A stretch of 64,000 bases of DNA from Candidatus Poribacteria bacterium (GCA_963665845.2 OY762492.1:1856001-1920000); one strand, 5' to 3'; positions 10,770 to 20,557 are shown, counted from the stretch's first letter. Numbers and translations are program-made. Notes: generated by a model not told the origin, from the letters alone.

Positions 10770-11186
10770 TCATTTCCGTGAATCAATGCGTGTTTTGATT
10801 TTTTCTACGTTCTCTTTTGCCTCAGAACACGCCTTATCTGCAGTGTCATATATCTCGAATGCCGGAGGCGGATCCATCATTTGAAGCCTGGCAGTTGCTG
10901 CATATTTTTGTTCCTGCGCCATCCGCAATAAGCCCTCTGCCGCGGCCAACATTTCCGCAACTCTATTACATTGGGCAGGATTTTTCCATCCTCCGTTTAT
11001 GTTTTCTTTGCGGATCTTTTCTAGCGTCTCTCTCGCTTGCTGCTTCATCTTCCTGACCGCAACGTACTTCGTCCATTCTTTGCCCCTGGTCTGTTCCAGT
11101 ACTGCGATTGCTGCGCTTCTTACAGACTCCGCGATTTTCAGTTCTCGCTGCGCTAATTTCAGCTCCTGTTCATCCGTCATGGCCAT
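10770..11186 (-). CDS. Hypothetical helical/coiled-coil protein
   Basis: Likely start MAMTDEQEL at 11186 after AAGGAG; lower GC than the flanks; promoter-like motif upstream. Confidence 0.6.
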   Translation of the reverse strand: MAMTDEQELKLAQRELKIAESVRSAAIAVLEQTRGKEWTKYVAVRKMKQQARETLEKIRKENINGGWKNPAQCNRVAEMLAAAEGLLRMAQEQKYAATARLQMMDPPPAFEIYDTADKACSEAKENVEKIKTRIDSRK

Positions 11187-11241
11187 GCGTATCTCCTTCC
11201 GTTTGTGAACGCCATCGGTCAACCTCGCTGCCAACACTCGT

Positions 11242-11271
11242 AGAATACACCATAGTAGTCGGACATGTCAA
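11242..11271 (-). promoter_or_regulatory. Putative sigma-70 promoter for 10770-11186
   Basis: Minus strand TTGACA-N18-TATTCT. Confidence 0.55.
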
Positions 11272-11613
11272 CTTTTATGACGCGATTTTACTACATCCGA
11301 CTAAGCCCTATTAAGTGGGATGTTCGCCGACCACTCGGAAACGATTTCGGCAGCTAAAATAGCGCGCCTTCAATGCGCTTGCCTGTGTAGGGATCCGCCA
11401 TGGGCGGCAATACCAATGGGCGGTCATCGAAGTAGTCGGCAGGAGTTTGATCTGATGGCAAAGCCAATGACTCTTGGAAAACGGCGTGAAAATACACCAC
11501 AGCGGAGTCGGAGGTTGAAGCGAAACACAAAGATTCATCCTGAAAGCAAGGGTATATTTGAAGGTAGGCGCGCCCCGCCGGGTCGCGTTAGAGGGGCGTA
11601 CAGGCGTCCGCTT

Positions 11614-12310
11614 TTAAAGCCGTCCTTGAATTGACGGCTGTTTGCCTCGGACGGGCGGTGTGTTGAACCGCTTGCCTTCCAGCATTTCCGCGACAGTCAA
11701 GAGTTGCATTCTAGGATACTTGATTCCGCCGAAAACCGCCTCGCCGTGATTTTCCATGATATCTTCGATGTTCTTGCGGCGTCCCGGTGATATTTCCATG
11801 ACGATCAGCCCCGCGAGGGCGGCGTCCCCACCGTGTAAAACGCCGGCGAGCCGCTGCGCGTCGGGACTGCCTACAGTCTTCCCACCCTTGACCTGCAGAA
11901 TCATGTGCTTATACCCTTCACCGACCGCTTCCTCAAAGTAGAGCCGACCATCAATGCCGCCGTCTCTTCCACGTTTTGCCATAACAAAGCCGTCAACGAG
12001 TTCCACTGCCCAAGTTTGAAAACGGTACGGATCGCTTTCCCACAGCGCGCGCGCGCGCCATCAACGCTGTTCGGCACCCCGTCCACGACAAAATCCTTAC
12101 CCTCCGTCAGTCCTAGGCGGGCTTCTAAGCGCGCGCGGGTTACCCGGTTGATTGCATGAATTGTAATGTCGATGCCAATCCATTGGCGGTTCAAAGTTGC
12201 AGCAGCCTCCAGTGTCGTACCGCATCCGCAAAATGGGTCAAGCACAACGTCGCCTTCATTCGATGAAACTTGAACAATGCGCTTTAGCAACGCAAGAGGC
12301 TTCTGCGTTT
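11614..12310 (-). pseudogene. Truncated, frameshifted DNA methyltransferase (N6/N4 family) fused to an Mrr-like endonuclease domain
   Basis: TQKPLALLKRIV...VVLDPFCGCGTT begins right at the IS end; frameshift at (GC)7 12045-12058; second frame gives DPYRFQTWAV...DGGIDGR...QVKGG. Confidence 0.85.
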
Positions 12311-12333
12311 GGCAGTCTCTACAGGCGATGATT

Positions 12334-12795
12334 TCAAATCCATCGCTTTTTCAGAACCACAAGCGCAATGGAGGCTTTTAACGCCCAGAGCCGCTTTGTG
12401 TAGCCTTTGGTCTTCCGACGAAGGCGGTATAAACAGTCCCGCAAAACCGAATGTTTTGTTTCATTACGGTTCACCTCCGCGCCCTTGCCAGCCACATGCG
12501 GAAGAGGCGAAAGATAGCCGTAAACGGGATACTTGTCAGAGTAGTAACACCGTGCCGGAGGCAGACGAAACAGAAGCTTCAGAAACGTCTCTAAATCTCG
12601 ATCTCCAACCTGAAAATCGAAGCTGAAAGAGCCATCATCCTGCTCTATGACAGCCGTCCAAATCCAACGAATCTTCCGACTCGGACCCCTGCAGGCAGTC
12701 TGGTACGTGCACATCTCATCGAACGAAATCGCCCTGACCATGCGCGATGAACGCGCTTTCCTCCGTCTTTCAAGCGCCCTCTTTGCCCAGAGAAG
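12334..12795 (-). CDS. insB: IS1 InsB-like DDE domain, probably expressed by -1 frameshift from insA
   Basis: DEMCTY...WIWTAV...VGDR...YSDKYPVY...NRNE...LRRKTKGYTK; slippery A7C at 12795-12802 (minus) in the overlap. Confidence 0.85.
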   Translation of the reverse strand, partial: LLWAKRALERRRKARSSRMVRAISFDEMCTYQTACRGPSRKIRWIWTAVIEQDDGSFSFDFQVGDRDLETFLKLLFRLPPARCYYSDKYPVYGYLSPLPHVAGKGAEVNRNETKHSVLRDCLYRLRRKTKGYTKRLWALKASIALVVLKKRWI

Positions 12796-13063
12796 TTTTT
12801 TTGATCCAGGAATAGATCGTCCCGGTTTTCACATTCAAAATTCGACCGATGGCGGAAACGCTGATGCCTTCGGCATACATCAAAACCGCTTGTTGGCGCG
12901 TCTTTTCTGGGTAGAAATGACGCTCGGCTGACGGCGTGTGCCGGTGATTGCACTGCCGACAAATAAAGGTTTGCTTTCCACGGTCTTTGCCGTTCTTGAC
13001 CATCCAGTCCGAGTTGCAATGGGGACACCGAATATTGTGGTCGACAATCCGCTTGACTTGCAT
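12770..13063 (-). CDS. insA: IS1 InsA-like protein (zinc ribbon plus HTH)
   Basis: CPHC...KNG...CRQC zinc finger; HTH GISVSAIGRILNVKTGTIYSWIKK. Confidence 0.88.
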   Translation of the reverse strand: MQVKRIVDHNIRCPHCNSDWMVKNGKDRGKQTFICRQCNHRHTPSAERHFYPEKTRQQAVLMYAEGISVSAIGRILNVKTGTIYSWIKKTSLGKEGA

Positions 13064-13219
13064 ATGCGACGACTCCTGTTGGACTCACGAATTCGGATAA
13101 ATTATAGCGCATCATCGCCTGTAGAGACTGCCAAAAATTTCAAACAACGTTTGACCTCTGACCTTACGTCGTTAGTTGGGCATGACAGCGGGCGGGCGCG
13201 GACGGTTTCTGCGGCGCCT

Positions 13220-13360
13220 CTGGATTCCCGCGCGTTTTACCGCAAGGGCGGGAATGCATGCCCCCGCGGGCATGTCCTCGTGAAAACGGGGAAGCGGGGG
13301 ACGATAATGAAGCGCGGGGTTTCTGGACTCCCCCCTTGAAAAGGGGGCTGGGGGGGTTTT
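13220..13360. repeat. Cluster of degenerate palindromic repeats
   Basis: ggattcccgcg...gcgggaatg, cctcgtgaaaacgggg and cccccttgaaaagggggctgggggg. Confidence 0.75.
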
Positions 13361-13487
13361 AGCCGCGCCCAGCGGCGGCGCTTTAGGGTCAAAATGAAAT
13401 TCATCGTATGAGCGTACTGCCTGAGATCAACGGCAAATGCCTTATCTCCATGCGTACGTTATCATGAAACACAATACGGAGAAAAAC

Positions 13488-13898
13488 ATGCGTTTGACAA
13501 CATTCTGCGCCGCGTTTCTGTCGTCGGGTTTGTTTTTGCTCATGTCCTGCTCTTCGATACCGAATCCGCTTGAAGAAAGAGAGCCTTGGGAGCATGCGTT
13601 TGCGCAGGCGAAACGGGCGGCGCAACGGGAAGCGGAGTATACCGTTCGCGCGGAGAAGGCTCAGGGCGATCAGGACAAACGCAAACGGAGAATTGATGTG
13701 GGCGGAGCCGCCGGCATAGGGGGAAGTGAAGACTATTCCTCCTTTATTGCGAATGCGCTGCGCTGGAACAGGGAAAAGATGAGATGGCTGGCGGAAGCGC
13801 GCCAAAAAGGATTCACCGGCGGCGACGATGCGGCGGATCCCGAATGGTTTAAGAAATGGAAGCTTCAATACGAGGAGGATGAGAAGACCGCCGAATGA
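13488..13898 (+). CDS. Hypothetical lipoprotein
   Basis: ATG at 13488 after GGAGA; MRLTTFCAAFLSSGLFLLMSC lipobox-like signal. Confidence 0.65.
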   Translation: MRLTTFCAAFLSSGLFLLMSCSSIPNPLEEREPWEHAFAQAKRAAQREAEYTVRAEKAQGDQDKRKRRIDVGGAAGIGGSEDYSSFIANALRWNREKMRWLAEARQKGFTGGDDAADPEWFKKWKLQYEEDEKTAE

Positions 13899-13958
13899 AT
13901 CTTGACACAGCGCGGCGTCGTCCCTATACTCCAGCAGCGGACGGGAGAGCGGAGCGGT

Positions 13959-14861
13959 ATGTCAACGCGCGATGGACTGGATCGGTTTTACACGGCGCCT
14001 GAAACTGCGCAGAAATGTTTGCGCGTTTTAAAACAATTCATCGCCGACGCCGGCGTCCAACAGCCTGGATACATTGAGCCGTCCGCCGGCGCGGGCGTTT
14101 TCTTGTCGGGCTTGCCCTCCTCAACCATCGCCATGGACATTGCGCCGCCTTCCGATTGCGGCTGGATGCCGAAGCGCGACTATCTCGCTTGGAAGTACAC
14201 GGGTTCGCGGCGGCGAAGCCGCATGGTCGTCGTCGGCAATCCGCCGTTTGGACAGCGGGGGAAAACGGCAGTCGCGTTCATCAACCATGCCGCCTCTATG
14301 GCCGACACCATCGCGTTTATCCTGCCCTCCTGTTTTCGCAAATGGGGTTCCCAAAAGCAGGTCGCGTCCGACCTGACGCTTCAATCGTCAACGGACCTGC
14401 GCGGGGATCTGTATTTAAAACCGGACGGCAGAACGGTCGCGCTCAACACCGTTTTTCAGATTTGGAGCCGGCATACGCCGTACCCGAACTTGCGCAAGAC
14501 GGAGCGCGAGCCGACCGCCCATCCCGACTTCAAGATGCGGCAGTATAACAACACGCGGGCAACGGAGCGGTATTTTGACATGCCGTTCGACTTTGCGGCG
14601 CCGTGTCAGGGCTGGCAAAATTACGCCGTCAAGCGGCGGCGCGCCGACGAGTGCGAGCGGCATAAGCAATGGATGCTTTTCCTCGCGACCGCGCCGCATG
14701 CGCTGGATATGCTTTACCGCATCGACTTTCAGGAGCTGGCGCACCGGAACGGCACTGCGGTTCCGGGTTACCGCAAGAACGATGTCGTATCAGAATATAA
14801 GCGGCTCGTTTCTCTCCATCGAACCGCCGCGTCCGATTCCCCCCTTGAAAAGGGGGGCTAG
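13959..14861 (+). CDS. Orphan SAM-dependent DNA (adenine) methyltransferase
   Basis: DRFYT, IEPSAGAG (motif I), GNPPFG (motif IV), IAFILP. Confidence 0.8.
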   Translation: MSTRDGLDRFYTAPETAQKCLRVLKQFIADAGVQQPGYIEPSAGAGVFLSGLPSSTIAMDIAPPSDCGWMPKRDYLAWKYTGSRRRSRMVVVGNPPFGQRGKTAVAFINHAASMADTIAFILPSCFRKWGSQKQVASDLTLQSSTDLRGDLYLKPDGRTVALNTVFQIWSRHTPYPNLRKTEREPTAHPDFKMRQYNNTRATERYFDMPFDFAAPCQGWQNYAVKRRRADECERHKQWMLFLATAPHALDMLYRIDFQELAHRNGTAVPGYRKNDVVSEYKRLVSLHRTAASDSPLEKGG

Positions 14862-15165
14862 GGGGGGTTTAAAGAACGAGCGCGGCGGCTCCGAAACCTT
14901 AAGATCCCCGCTTACGCGGGAATGACGATCCGGTTGACGAGGCTTTTTTCCGATTCATTCGGCATGGGAACGCGGACGTCATCCCCGATGCCTCTGGATT
15001 CCCGCTTACGCGGGAATGCATGTCCTCGCGGAAGCGGGGAACGGTCTGGTTGGCGACGCCTTTTTCCCATGAATAGAGCGATCGTCGGTTCAAATGTCCC
15101 AACTCTGGTTGTGAACGCGGGCGGTTTCGGGGCGGACTCTGGATTCCCGCTTGCGCGGGAATGAC
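14835..15165. repeat. Mosaic of palindromic REP-like elements
   Basis: cccccttgaaaaggggggctagggggg followed by three (att)cccgctt(a/g)cgcgggaatg copies. Confidence 0.85.
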
Positions 15166-15212
15166 GATCCGGTTTGCGGCGCCTTTTCCCAGAGGCCAGT
15201 CAGATATTTTGA

Positions 15213-15240
15213 TTGACGCCTCGGATTTACGTATCATAAT
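15213..15240 (+). promoter_or_regulatory. Putative sigma-70 promoter upstream of accD-topA
   Basis: TTGACG-N16-CATAAT. Confidence 0.45.
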
Positions 15241-15326
15241 CATGGCGGAGCGCCCCCGCGTCAATTTTTCTTGCAATACGGGCGCATGAGGTTATAGACT
15301 ATGGACGCTTGACCTGCGAGAGTAAA

Positions 15327-16094
15327 ATGAACGAGCCGTTTGTTTGCCATCAATGCGCCGCCGAAATCGAGGCTGACCAGTTCGCCCGCTGTTTCAAAGT
15401 CTGCCCTAAATGCGGCATGCATTATCCGCTCAAGGCGGGCGAGCGGCTTGACCTCTTGACCGACGAAGGCTCTTTTGTGGAATACGACGCCGATCTCTAT
15501 TCGGTCGACTTTCTAGAATTTCCGCGCTACCGAGAGCGTCTCAAAACCTACCGAGAGCGCACCGGCATGCCGTCCGAGATGATGTCGGGGCTGGCAACCA
15601 TCGGTGGACATGAGGCGTCCATCGCCGTGACCGACATGCATTTCATCATGGGAAGCATGGGATCGGTCGTCGGAGAAAAGATCGCGCGCTGTTTTGAACG
15701 GGCGGTGGAGCGGCGTTTGCCTGTTGTGATCGTATCAGGCTCCGGCGCCGGCGCTCGAATGGACGAAGGCACCGTCGCGCTCATGCAGATGGCAAAAACA
15801 AGCGCCGCCGTTCAACAGCATTCCGACGAAGGTTTGCTGTATATTTCCGCGGTGACGAATCCGACCATGGGCGGCGCCGCGGCGAGCTTCGTTCTTCTTG
15901 GGCATGTCGTCATTGCGGAGCCGGGGGCGATGATCGGTTTCGCCGGCCCCCGCGCCAGAGCCGCCATCGGCGAAGAAATGCCGCCCGAACTGCAATCGGC
16001 TGAAGCGCTGCTCAAAAACGGCATGATCGATAAAGTTGTTCCGCGCCGCCAATTGCGCCAATCTTTGATTCAGCTGCTAGAATACACTACCTGA
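15327..16094 (+). CDS. accD: Acetyl-CoA carboxylase carboxyltransferase beta subunit
   Basis: CxxC...CPKC zinc finger; FIMGSMGSVVGEK, GARMDEG, LMQMAKT, IGFAGPR. Confidence 0.93.
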   Translation: MNEPFVCHQCAAEIEADQFARCFKVCPKCGMHYPLKAGERLDLLTDEGSFVEYDADLYSVDFLEFPRYRERLKTYRERTGMPSEMMSGLATIGGHEASIAVTDMHFIMGSMGSVVGEKIARCFERAVERRLPVVIVSGSGAGARMDEGTVALMQMAKTSAAVQQHSDEGLLYISAVTNPTMGGAAASFVLLGHVVIAEPGAMIGFAGPRARAAIGEEMPPELQSAEALLKNGMIDKVVPRRQLRQSLIQLLEYTT

Positions 16095-16129
16095 ACCGAA
16101 CCTGCCGCTAAAGGAGATAGAAACCGTCT

Positions 16130-18298
16130 ATGCCAAAAACGCTGGTGATTGTGGAGTCCTCCGCGAAAGCCTCCACCATCGAAAAAACGCTGGGAAACGA
16201 TTATGTCGTCCGCGCCTCCAACGGGCATGTCTGGGACCTGCCCCGTTCCAAAGAGTCGGTCGATACCGAGAACAATTTTGAGCCGTCCTACGAGATCATC
16301 CAGGGGAAAAAGAAGGTTCTGAATTCGCTCGTCGCCGCCGCAAAAAAGGTGGACGAGGTGATTCTCGCGCCCGACCCCGACCGCGAAGGCGAAGCGATCA
16401 GCTGGCACCTTGCGCAGTCGCTGGAGCCGGCAAAGAAACCGATACGGCGCATCACCTTCAACGAAATCACCCCCAACGCGATACGCGCCGCCATGCAAAA
16501 ACCGCGCCAGATCGACGAAGACCTTGTCGAAGCGCAGCAGGCGCGCCGCGTCCTGGACAGGCTGGTCGGATACCGCATCAGCCCGCTGTTGTGGCGCGGC
16601 TTGCGTCCAGGCCTCTCCGCCGGGCGCGTTCAATCGGTCGCGGTGCGCATCATTTTAGAACGCGAAGAGGAAATCCGCGCGTTCAAACCTGAAGAGTACT
16701 GGACAATCTACGCGCATCTCAAAACGGATGGCGGGGACAAGTTCACTGCCCGTCTGTTCCGCATCGGCGACGAAAAGCCGACCTTTGGAACCTACGGGTT
16801 CGGCATCGACGAGGCGCGCGCCCAAGAGATCTGCGGGGACGCTAAAAAGCGGCAATTCATCGTCGACTCGGTCAAAATGCGGCAGCAGCGCCAGTCGCCG
16901 AGGGCGCCGTTCATCACCAGTTCGCTTCAACAGGACGCGAACAACAAGCTGCGTTTTCAGGCGCGGCGGACGATGCAGGTCGCCCAGTCGCTGTATGAAG
17001 GGGTTGACATCGGAACGGAGAAGATCGGTCTCATCACCTATCTGCGAACCGATTCGACGCGCGTCTCCAAGGAGGCGCAGGCGGAAGCGCGCGCGTTTAT
17101 ACATGAGCGGTACGGCAAGGAGTATGTCCCCGCCAAGCCTCCCGTCTACAAATCGAAGAAGCGGGCGCAGGACGCCCATGAGGCGATTCGCCCCACCTCC
17201 ACGCTGCGGACGCCCGACTCGGTCAAGCAGCATCTGAACGCTGATCAGTTCAAGCTCTATGACCTAATCTGGCGGCGTTTTGTCGCGAGTCAGATGGAGC
17301 GCGCCGTTCTGGACATCACGACCATCGACATCAAGGCGGGCGATTATCTCTTCCGCACAACAGGCTCGATTCTGCGCTTTCCCGGCTTTCGGGCGGTATA
17401 TATGGAGTCGGAGGAGAACGGGCAGAACGGCGATCGTCAACCGCTGCCGGATGTGAAAAAAGATGAGCGGCTGAATCTAGAAAAAATCGACCCGGAGCAG
17501 AGCTTCACCAAGCCGCCGCCCAGATACAGCGAGGCGACGCTGGTGAAGGAGCTGGAGGAGCGCGGCATCGGTCGACCCAGCACCTACGCCCAGATCATCT
17601 CCACCATTTTGAGCCGAAGCCGCAACTATGTTGTCAAGGAGAAGGGGCGGTTCAAACCGACCGATGTCGGCGAGCTGGTCACGCGCATGCTGATGAGCAG
17701 CTTTCCGAACATCCTCGACCCAGAGTTCACCGCGAAAATGGAGAACGAGCTGGATGAGGTCGAAGAAGGGAAGCGCAACTGGGTCGCCATGATGCGCAGT
17801 TTCTACGACCCGTTCACGGAAGCGCTGGAGGGCGCCGCCGACAAAATGTACGACGAGCGGAAGCGGCTTGAGGAGGTCACAGAGAACGAGTGCGCGGAAT
17901 GCGCCAAACCGCTCATCATTAAATGGGGCAAGTACGGGAAATTTATGGGCTGCTCCGGCTATCCCGACTGTACCTACACCGAGCCGCTGAACGGCAAGGG
18001 GACCGGTCCGGAGCCTGTTGCGCCGTGTCCGGTGTGCGAGAAAAATCAGCTCGTGGAACGGCGCAGCCGGCGCGGGCGCATCTTCTACGGCTGCAACGGC
18101 TACCCAGAGTGTGAGTTCGCCGTATGGGACCCGCCCGTTCTGGATAAGCCATGCCCAGAGTGCAACGCCCCGTTCTTGACGCTCCGCAAGACGAAAACGC
18201 GCCAGTACTACCTGTGCTACCGCCGGGACGAATGCGGCTACCGGACCGACCCGACGCCTGTCGAGGCGCAAGACGACGAACAAAACGCGGAATACTGA
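16130..18298 (+). CDS. topA: Type IA DNA topoisomerase I
   Basis: LVIVES, DPDREGE, SAGRVQS, ITYLRTDS, AHEAIRPT, GIGRPSTY; three C-terminal zinc ribbons. Confidence 0.97.
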   Translation: MPKTLVIVESSAKASTIEKTLGNDYVVRASNGHVWDLPRSKESVDTENNFEPSYEIIQGKKKVLNSLVAAAKKVDEVILAPDPDREGEAISWHLAQSLEPAKKPIRRITFNEITPNAIRAAMQKPRQIDEDLVEAQQARRVLDRLVGYRISPLLWRGLRPGLSAGRVQSVAVRIILEREEEIRAFKPEEYWTIYAHLKTDGGDKFTARLFRIGDEKPTFGTYGFGIDEARAQEICGDAKKRQFIVDSVKMRQQRQSPRAPFITSSLQQDANNKLRFQARRTMQVAQSLYEGVDIGTEKIGLITYLRTDSTRVSKEAQAEARAFIHERYGKEYVPAKPPVYKSKKRAQDAHEAIRPTSTLRTPDSVKQHLNADQFKLYDLIWRRFVASQMERAVLDITTIDIKAGDYLFRTTGSILRFPGFRAVYMESEENGQNGDRQPLPDVKKDERLNLEKIDPEQSFTKPPPRYSEATLVKELEERGIGRPSTYAQIISTILSRSRNYVVKEKGRFKPTDVGELVTRMLMSSFPNILDPEFTAKMENELDEVEEGKRNWVAMMRSFYDPFTEALEGAADKMYDERKRLEEVTENECAECAKPLIIKWGKYGKFMGCSGYPDCTYTEPLNGKGTGPEPVAPCPVCEKNQLVERRSRRGRIFYGCNGYPECEFAVWDPPVLDKPCPECNAPFLTLRKTKTRQYYLCYRRDECGYRTDPTPVEAQDDEQNAEY

Positions 18299-18299
18299 T

Positions 18300-19301
18300 A
18301 TGCCGCTTCGAACCGCGCTTTTAGAGGTGAACCACTGGCACACGGGAATGTACGCCGAGGCGTTAAAAAACCTTGGCATCCCCGTCGCCGCCGTGAGCGA
18401 CGCGGACATCCATCGAGCGCGGGAATGGGCGGATCAGATCGGATGCCGCGCCTACGACTGCGCGGAGGAGCTTCTCGACAAGGAGTCGGTCGATTTCGTC
18501 TTTGCGCTTGCCCCGCATCATCGTATGTTTCCGCTGGCGTCTATGTTGACGAAGCGCGCCCAGCCCTTTTCCATGGAAAAGCCGATGGCGTTGAAGGCGG
18601 AGCGGCTCGCCGAGCTGGTGGAGCCGATGGAGCGCAGCGGCATGTTTGCTTCAGTCGCCTTCGTCCGCCGGTTGAGCGGATACGGCAAGGCGCTGCTGGA
18701 CAGGCGCCGGCAAATCGGCGCCGTCGGACATTTTCAGGGCAGATTCATCGGCGGACCGATGCAGCGGTATGTGGAGGACGGCTGCCCATGGATGCTGGAC
18801 AAGCAAGAGGCGGGCGGCGGATGCATGATCAACTTCGGTACCCACTTCTTCGACCTTTTCATTGAAATGACCGGCGAAAGGGTGGACCGCGTCTTCTGTC
18901 AAACAAGCCGACGCCTGCATGGCGCCTCCGCGGAAGATTTTTCAAGCGTCCTTTTAAAAACAGAATCGGGCGCCCTAGCGACGCTAGAATCCGGCTATCT
19001 CCTCCCAGGCGAACCGAAAGAAAACATGATCTCCGTCAGCGGCGCCAACGCCTACGCCGGCAACGAAGGCGCCCGATGGGGAGAAAAACCGATCATCGCG
19101 TATCGAAACGGCAAAACGGAGCGCATAACCGACCCAGAGCCGAACTACGCGGACTACACCGCCGACGTCCTCCGCCGATTCCAAGCAGATGAAAAACCGC
19201 TCGCCGGCATACGCGCCATGGTCCGTGTTCTAGCATGCGTCAACGCGGCGTATGAATCGGACGAAACAGGGGAGCCGGCGCAGCCGCCATGCTGGATATA
19301 A
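18300..19301 (+). CDS. Gfo/Idh/MocA family oxidoreductase
   Basis: MEKP motif, GGGCMINFGTH, AED; N-terminal HWH variant. Confidence 0.85.
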   Translation: MPLRTALLEVNHWHTGMYAEALKNLGIPVAAVSDADIHRAREWADQIGCRAYDCAEELLDKESVDFVFALAPHHRMFPLASMLTKRAQPFSMEKPMALKAERLAELVEPMERSGMFASVAFVRRLSGYGKALLDRRRQIGAVGHFQGRFIGGPMQRYVEDGCPWMLDKQEAGGGCMINFGTHFFDLFIEMTGERVDRVFCQTSRRLHGASAEDFSSVLLKTESGALATLESGYLLPGEPKENMISVSGANAYAGNEGARWGEKPIIAYRNGKTERITDPEPNYADYTADVLRRFQADEKPLAGIRAMVRVLACVNAAYESDETGEPAQPPCWI

Positions 19302-19363
19302 GTAAACGCTTAAGCGAACGAATACGTTCAAACATAAACACGCGCAGATCAAGAGGTATTCCG

Positions 19364-20557
19364 TTGAAAAGCCGCATACGATTTATTTTCACGCCATTGC
19401 TCACCGCCGCTCTCCTGTGCTTCGGCGCCGTTCCAGAGGCGTTTGCCGGAGCCGGACGCCAAGCCGCGCTCTTTCTAGACTACCCGCATCGAAGCGTCCG
19501 CGCCGCCGGCCTCGCCGACACCTTTGTCACCGTCGACAACGACCCAGGATCGTCGTTGTGGAACCCCGCCGGGTTGAGCGCCATTCAGAAGACGACCGTT
19601 CTGATTGGTTACAACTCCCATAGCCAGGCGTTTGGAGAGGCGGGCGAGGGACTGTATTACGCGGTCGGCGCCCTCTCAACGCCTCTTGGAAACGGCGTTT
19701 TGAACGCGACGCTCCAGCTGAACGGGCAGGGAACCATCGACTACACAACCGACTCTCCCGACGTCCTGGATGTCGTGAACCTTGGCACCAACTGGGTTTT
19801 CAGCGCCTCCTACGCCGAGGCGTTGTCGGAGAACCTGCGCGCCGGCCTCACCGGCAAGATCATTCGGCAGGTTCTGGGCGCGGGGCTTGAAGGCGGGGGG
19901 CATTCCTCCACCTCTTACGCTTTGGACGCCGGCGTTCAGTGGGATGTTCTGGACAACAGGCTTACGACAGCGGCTTCCATCCTGAATTACGGCACGCGCG
20001 TTCAGTTTAAGGACGCGAATCAAAGCGACCCGCTGCCCCGAAAATTCCGCGCCGGCGCCTCCGTCCTGGCAATCAACATGCCGGGCGAGTTTGAAATGCG
20101 CGTCAGCGCTGAAATCGCCGCCGCCGTCGACGCCCTATCGCAGAACCGCGAAGCGGAAGATTTCGTCCTGACCGTCGATGAACGAATGGCGGAAGGCGCG
20201 GACGACGCGAACTCCAAATACGCCGACCGCTCAAGAGACGACGTTGAGGATGAGCTGATCCGTCAGCGCGGCATCGGCATCCACGCTTTTGGATGGGATC
20301 GGCTGGAGCGCTCCTTCGGAGCGGAGGCGGTCGTCGCGCGGATCCTGGCGGTGAGAGCGGGACTCAAGTGGCATGACGAAGGGGTTGAAATCGGCTCGCA
20401 GCTGGACATCATGGACAGGGCGGCGTTCGGGTTTGGGGTTGATCTAACCGCGGCGACGGGGCTTCCAATCGTTGTGGATTACGCAAACGGGCTTTGGGGC
20501 ACAGGCGGCCCGACGCGCGAACGCATCCACAGCTTCTCTCTTTCGCTCGGCTTGTGA
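19364..20557 (+). CDS. Second PorV/PorQ-family outer-membrane protein
   Basis: Signal peptide ending AFA; SVRAAGLAD...LWNPAGLS; YALDAG; QSDPLP...RAG; terminal HSFSLSLGL. Start codon uncertain (19289-19364). Confidence 0.78.
   Translation: MKSRIRFIFTPLLTAALLCFGAVPEAFAGAGRQAALFLDYPHRSVRAAGLADTFVTVDNDPGSSLWNPAGLSAIQKTTVLIGYNSHSQAFGEAGEGLYYAVGALSTPLGNGVLNATLQLNGQGTIDYTTDSPDVLDVVNLGTNWVFSASYAEALSENLRAGLTGKIIRQVLGAGLEGGGHSSTSYALDAGVQWDVLDNRLTTAASILNYGTRVQFKDANQSDPLPRKFRAGASVLAINMPGEFEMRVSAEIAAAVDALSQNREAEDFVLTVDERMAEGADDANSKYADRSRDDVEDELIRQRGIGIHAFGWDRLERSFGAEAVVARILAVRAGLKWHDEGVEIGSQLDIMDRAAFGFGVDLTAATGLPIVVDYANGLWGTGGPTRERIHSFSLSLGL

Larger units (their letters stand above)
12311..13132 (-). mobile_element. 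IS1-family insertion sequence
   Basis: Perfect 22-bp terminal inverted repeats ggcagtctctacaggcgatgat (12311-12332) and its reverse complement (13111-13132), enclosing InsA-like and InsB-like ORFs. Confidence 0.93.
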
